A stretch of 64,000 nt of DNA from Betaproteobacteria bacterium (GTDB taxonomy: Bacteria; Pseudomonadota; Gammaproteobacteria; Burkholderiales; Burkholderiaceae_C). The notes under the pieces are model-generated. The model was not told where the DNA came from and ran no database searches. It was given only the letters and a program-made list of their open reading frames with translations. Below are positions 61,815-64,000 of the stretch, in pieces (position 1 is the stretch's first letter; each line of letters opens with the position of its first letter). The translations under genes and the position numbers were made by a program. The DNA is taken from positions 9,007 through 73,006 of the forward strand of contig JANMZP010000005.1 in the NCBI GenBank assembly GCA_031383435.1, read 5' to 3'.

Positions 61815-62237
61815 ATGAACAGCCAGCACACCGACATCACCAACCCAGGCTTGATCCTCTTCGCCCACGGCGCGCGCGACCCGCGCTGGGCGGCACCATT
61901 CGAAGCCGTGGCCGCGCGTTTGCGCGCCAGCCACCCGAACGTTGCGCTGCGTCTGGCCTTTCTGGAATTCATGACGCCCAGCCTGGGCGAGGCCGGCGCG
62001 CAACTGGCCGCCGAAGGCTGCCAGGCGGTGGCCGTGCTGCCGATGTTCCTGGGCGCCGGCGGCCATGTGCGCAAAGACCTGCCGCTGCTGCTGGACGCGA
62101 TGCGCGCCGCCCACCCCGCAGTCACCTTCACGCTGCAGGCGGCCATTGGCGAAATCGACAGCGTGGTGGTGGCGATGGCCGACGCTGCGGCCGCGTTGCT
62201 GGCACCGTCTGCCGCATCCACCACGCCGGCCGTATGA
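61815..62237 (+). CDS. CbiX/SirB-type chelatase-domain protein (single domain, 140 aa)
   Basis: [18 protein letters not shown]...AVAVLPMFLGAGGHVRKDLP. ATGA overlap with cysB. Confidence 0.8.
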   Translation: MNSQHTDITNPGLILFAHGARDPRWAAPFEAVAARLRASHPNVALRLAFLEFMTPSLGEAGAQLAAEGCQAVAVLPMFLGAGGHVRKDLPLLLDAMRAAHPAVTFTLQAAIGEIDSVVVAMADAAAALLAPSAASTTPAV

Positions 62238-63193
62238 ACCTGCACCAGTTCCGTTTCGTGCAGGAAGCGGTGCGCCGCAACCTGAATCTCACGGAAACGG
62301 CCAAGGCGCTGTTCACCTCGCAGCCGGGCATCAGCAAGGCCATCCTGGAGCTGGAAGAAGAGCTGGGCGTGGACATCTTCGCGCGCCACGGCAAGCGCCT
62401 GAAGCGGGTCACGGAACCGGGCCAGCAGGTGCTGAAGTCGGTGGAAATCATCATGCGCGAGGTGGCCAACCTGAAGCGCATCGGCGACGAGTTCTCCAAG
62501 CAGGACGCAGGCACGCTGCGCATCGCCACCACCCACACCCAGGCGCGCTACTTCCTGCCCGAACCGATCGCCCAATTGCGGCTGCGCTACCCCAAGGTGC
62601 AGGTGGTGCTGCACCAGGGCATGCCCGAACAGGTGGCGCGCATGCTGCTGGACGACGTGGCCGAGATCGGCCTGGCCACCGAAGCGCTGGCCGCCCACCC
62701 CGACCTGATCACCCTGCCCTGCTACGAATGGCAGCACGTGATGGTGGTGCCTGTGGGCCACCCGCTGGCCGCTGTCGAACGCCCGACACTGGAGCAACTG
62801 GCCGCGCAGCCGCTGGTGCTGTACCAGCCCACGGTGACCGGCCGCACGCGCATCGACCAGGCCTTCGCCCGCGCCGAACTGCAGCCGCTGGTGGCGCTGG
62901 AAGCCATCGACTCCGACATCATCAAGACCTATGTCCGCCTCGGCCTGGGCGTGGGCATCGTCGCTGAAAGCGCGATGCGCGCCGACCCGCCGCTGAACGC
63001 TGAATCGAACGACCTGGTGGCGCGGCCGCTGGGCCATCTGTTCGGCAGCAACGTCACCCGCGTGGCCTTCAAGCGCGGTGCCTACTTGCGGCAGTTCGTG
63101 CTGGCCTTTGCCGAACTGCTGTCACCCCGCTTGACGCCCGCCTTGCTGGAACGTGCCATGGGCGGCAGCAGTGGCACCGACTACAGCCTGTGA
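62234..63193 (+). CDS. cysB: CysB-family LysR-type transcriptional regulator
   Basis: MNLHQFRFVQEAVRRNLNLTETAKALFTSQPGISKAILELEEELGVDIF is a CysB/Cbl signature N-terminus. Confidence 0.9.
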   Translation: MNLHQFRFVQEAVRRNLNLTETAKALFTSQPGISKAILELEEELGVDIFARHGKRLKRVTEPGQQVLKSVEIIMREVANLKRIGDEFSKQDAGTLRIATTHTQARYFLPEPIAQLRLRYPKVQVVLHQGMPEQVARMLLDDVAEIGLATEALAAHPDLITLPCYEWQHVMVVPVGHPLAAVERPTLEQLAAQPLVLYQPTVTGRTRIDQAFARAELQPLVALEAIDSDIIKTYVRLGLGVGIVAESAMRADPPLNAESNDLVARPLGHLFGSNVTRVAFKRGAYLRQFVLAFAELLSPRLTPALLERAMGGSSGTDYSL

Positions 63194-63203
63194 AACACCC
63201 GCC

Positions 63204-64000
63204 ATGAACGCCACCACCGAATTCACCCCCAGTTTCCCGAGCCGCCTGCCGACCGTCGGCACCACCATCTTCACCGTGATGTCGGCGCTGGCCAGCGAAA
63301 CCGGCGCGGTCAACCTGGGCCAGGGCTTCCCCGATTTCGATTGCGACCCGGCCCTGCTGGACCACGTCAACAACGCCATGCGCGAGGGCCTGAACCAGTA
63401 CCCGCCGATGACCGGCGTGCCGTTGTTGCGCGAACGCGTGGCCGACAAGGTGGCCGCGCTCTACGGCCGCCGCTACGACGCCAACACCGAGATCACCATC
63501 ACCGCCGGCGCCACCCAGGCCATCCTGACGGCCGTGCTGTGCTGCGTCAGCCCGGGCGACGAGGTCATCGTGCTGGAGCCGTGCTACGACAGCTACGCGC
63601 CGAGCATCGAACTGGCCGGCGGCACCGTGGTGCGCGTGCCGTTGACGCCCGGCACGTTCAGGCCTGATTTCGCGCGCATCGCCGCCGCGCTGACGCCGAG
63701 AACCCGGCTGTTGATGGTCAACAGCCCGCACAACCCCAGCGCCACGGTGTGGACCCGCGCCGAGATGCTGCAACTGGCCGATTTGCTGGCCCCGACGCAG
63801 ACGCTGCTGCTGTCGGACGAGGTCTATGAGCACATGGTCTTCGACGGCGCGCCGCATGTCAGCGCGGCCTCGATACCGGCGCTGGCCTCACGCGCTTTCG
63901 TGGTCTCCAGTTTCGGCAAGACCTACCACGTCACCGGCTGGAAGGTGGGCTACGTTGCAGCGCCAGCCGCGCTGACGGCCGAGTTCCGCAAGGTGCACCA
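63204..64000 (+). CDS. class I/II pyridoxal-phosphate aminotransferase (YbdL/methionine aminotransferase-like), 3' end lies off-window
   Basis: Absent from the ORF track because the frame is open at the window end. My translation is MNATTEFTPSFPSRLPTVGTTIFTVMSALASETGAVNLGQGFPDFDCDP...NSPHNPSATV...SSFGKTYHVTGWKVGY, which contains the PLP-binding Lys motif. Confidence 0.88.
   Translation, partial: MNATTEFTPSFPSRLPTVGTTIFTVMSALASETGAVNLGQGFPDFDCDPALLDHVNNAMREGLNQYPPMTGVPLLRERVADKVAALYGRRYDANTEITITAGATQAILTAVLCCVSPGDEVIVLEPCYDSYAPSIELAGGTVVRVPLTPGTFRPDFARIAAALTPRTRLLMVNSPHNPSATVWTRAEMLQLADLLAPTQTLLLSDEVYEHMVFDGAPHVSAASIPALASRAFVVSSFGKTYHVTGWKVGYVAAPAALTAEFRKVH

Noticed and set aside
60596-63037. 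813-aa minus-strand ORF spanning lptG, cbiX and cysB.
   Set aside because: It is an antisense shadow ORF typical of high-GC DNA. Its composition is Arg/Ala/Gly/His/Gln-rich with no recognisable motifs. The opposite strand carries three well-supported genes with family signatures.

Overview
High-GC (about 68-72% by eye) chromosomal segment that reads as core genome of a betaproteobacterium. A Burkholderiales-like origin is an inference from three things: a Bug-family binding protein, the divergent pepA-holC and lptF-lptG gene blocks, and the polA/thrB neighbourhood. I can support about 57 protein-coding genes, 1 tRNA-Leu(CAA), 2 disrupted genes, one clear intrinsic terminator and several short tandem or dispersed repeats.

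Gene content is mostly housekeeping:
- Replication, repair and division: polA, uvrD, rarA, holC, ftsK.
- Translation: valS, rpmB-rpmG.
- Envelope: lolA, lptFG, galU.
- Redox and sulfur: trxB, cysM, cysB.
- Transport: the livFGMH ABC transporter, a separate Leu/Ile/Val-type binding protein, and an Mce/Mla-type lipid-transport operon.
- Respiration and oxidative metabolism: a caa3-like cytochrome oxidase cluster with fused subunits, and a katE plus PaoABC-like periplasmic molybdo-oxidoreductase block.
- Signalling: a hybrid histidine kinase and an MCP.

I see no CRISPR array, transposase, integrase, prophage or recognisable defence, toxin or secretion system. I therefore cannot claim a new multi-gene system in this window.

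The most unusual items are:
1. A low-GC islet encoding a secreted, PEP-CTERM-tagged protein whose motif order resembles a papain/C39-like cysteine peptidase.
2. A D-2-hydroxyacid dehydrogenase homologue that has lost its nucleotide-binding glycines and two catalytic residues.
3. An egtB remnant with a large internal deletion.
4. An orphan cheW broken by a frameshift.
5. A shared REP-like element immediately 3' of two separate liv transporter genes.
6. Three tandem DnaA-box-like 12-mers upstream of rpmB.

Many long ORFs in the supplied track are antisense or out-of-frame shadows typical of high-GC DNA, and I rejected them.
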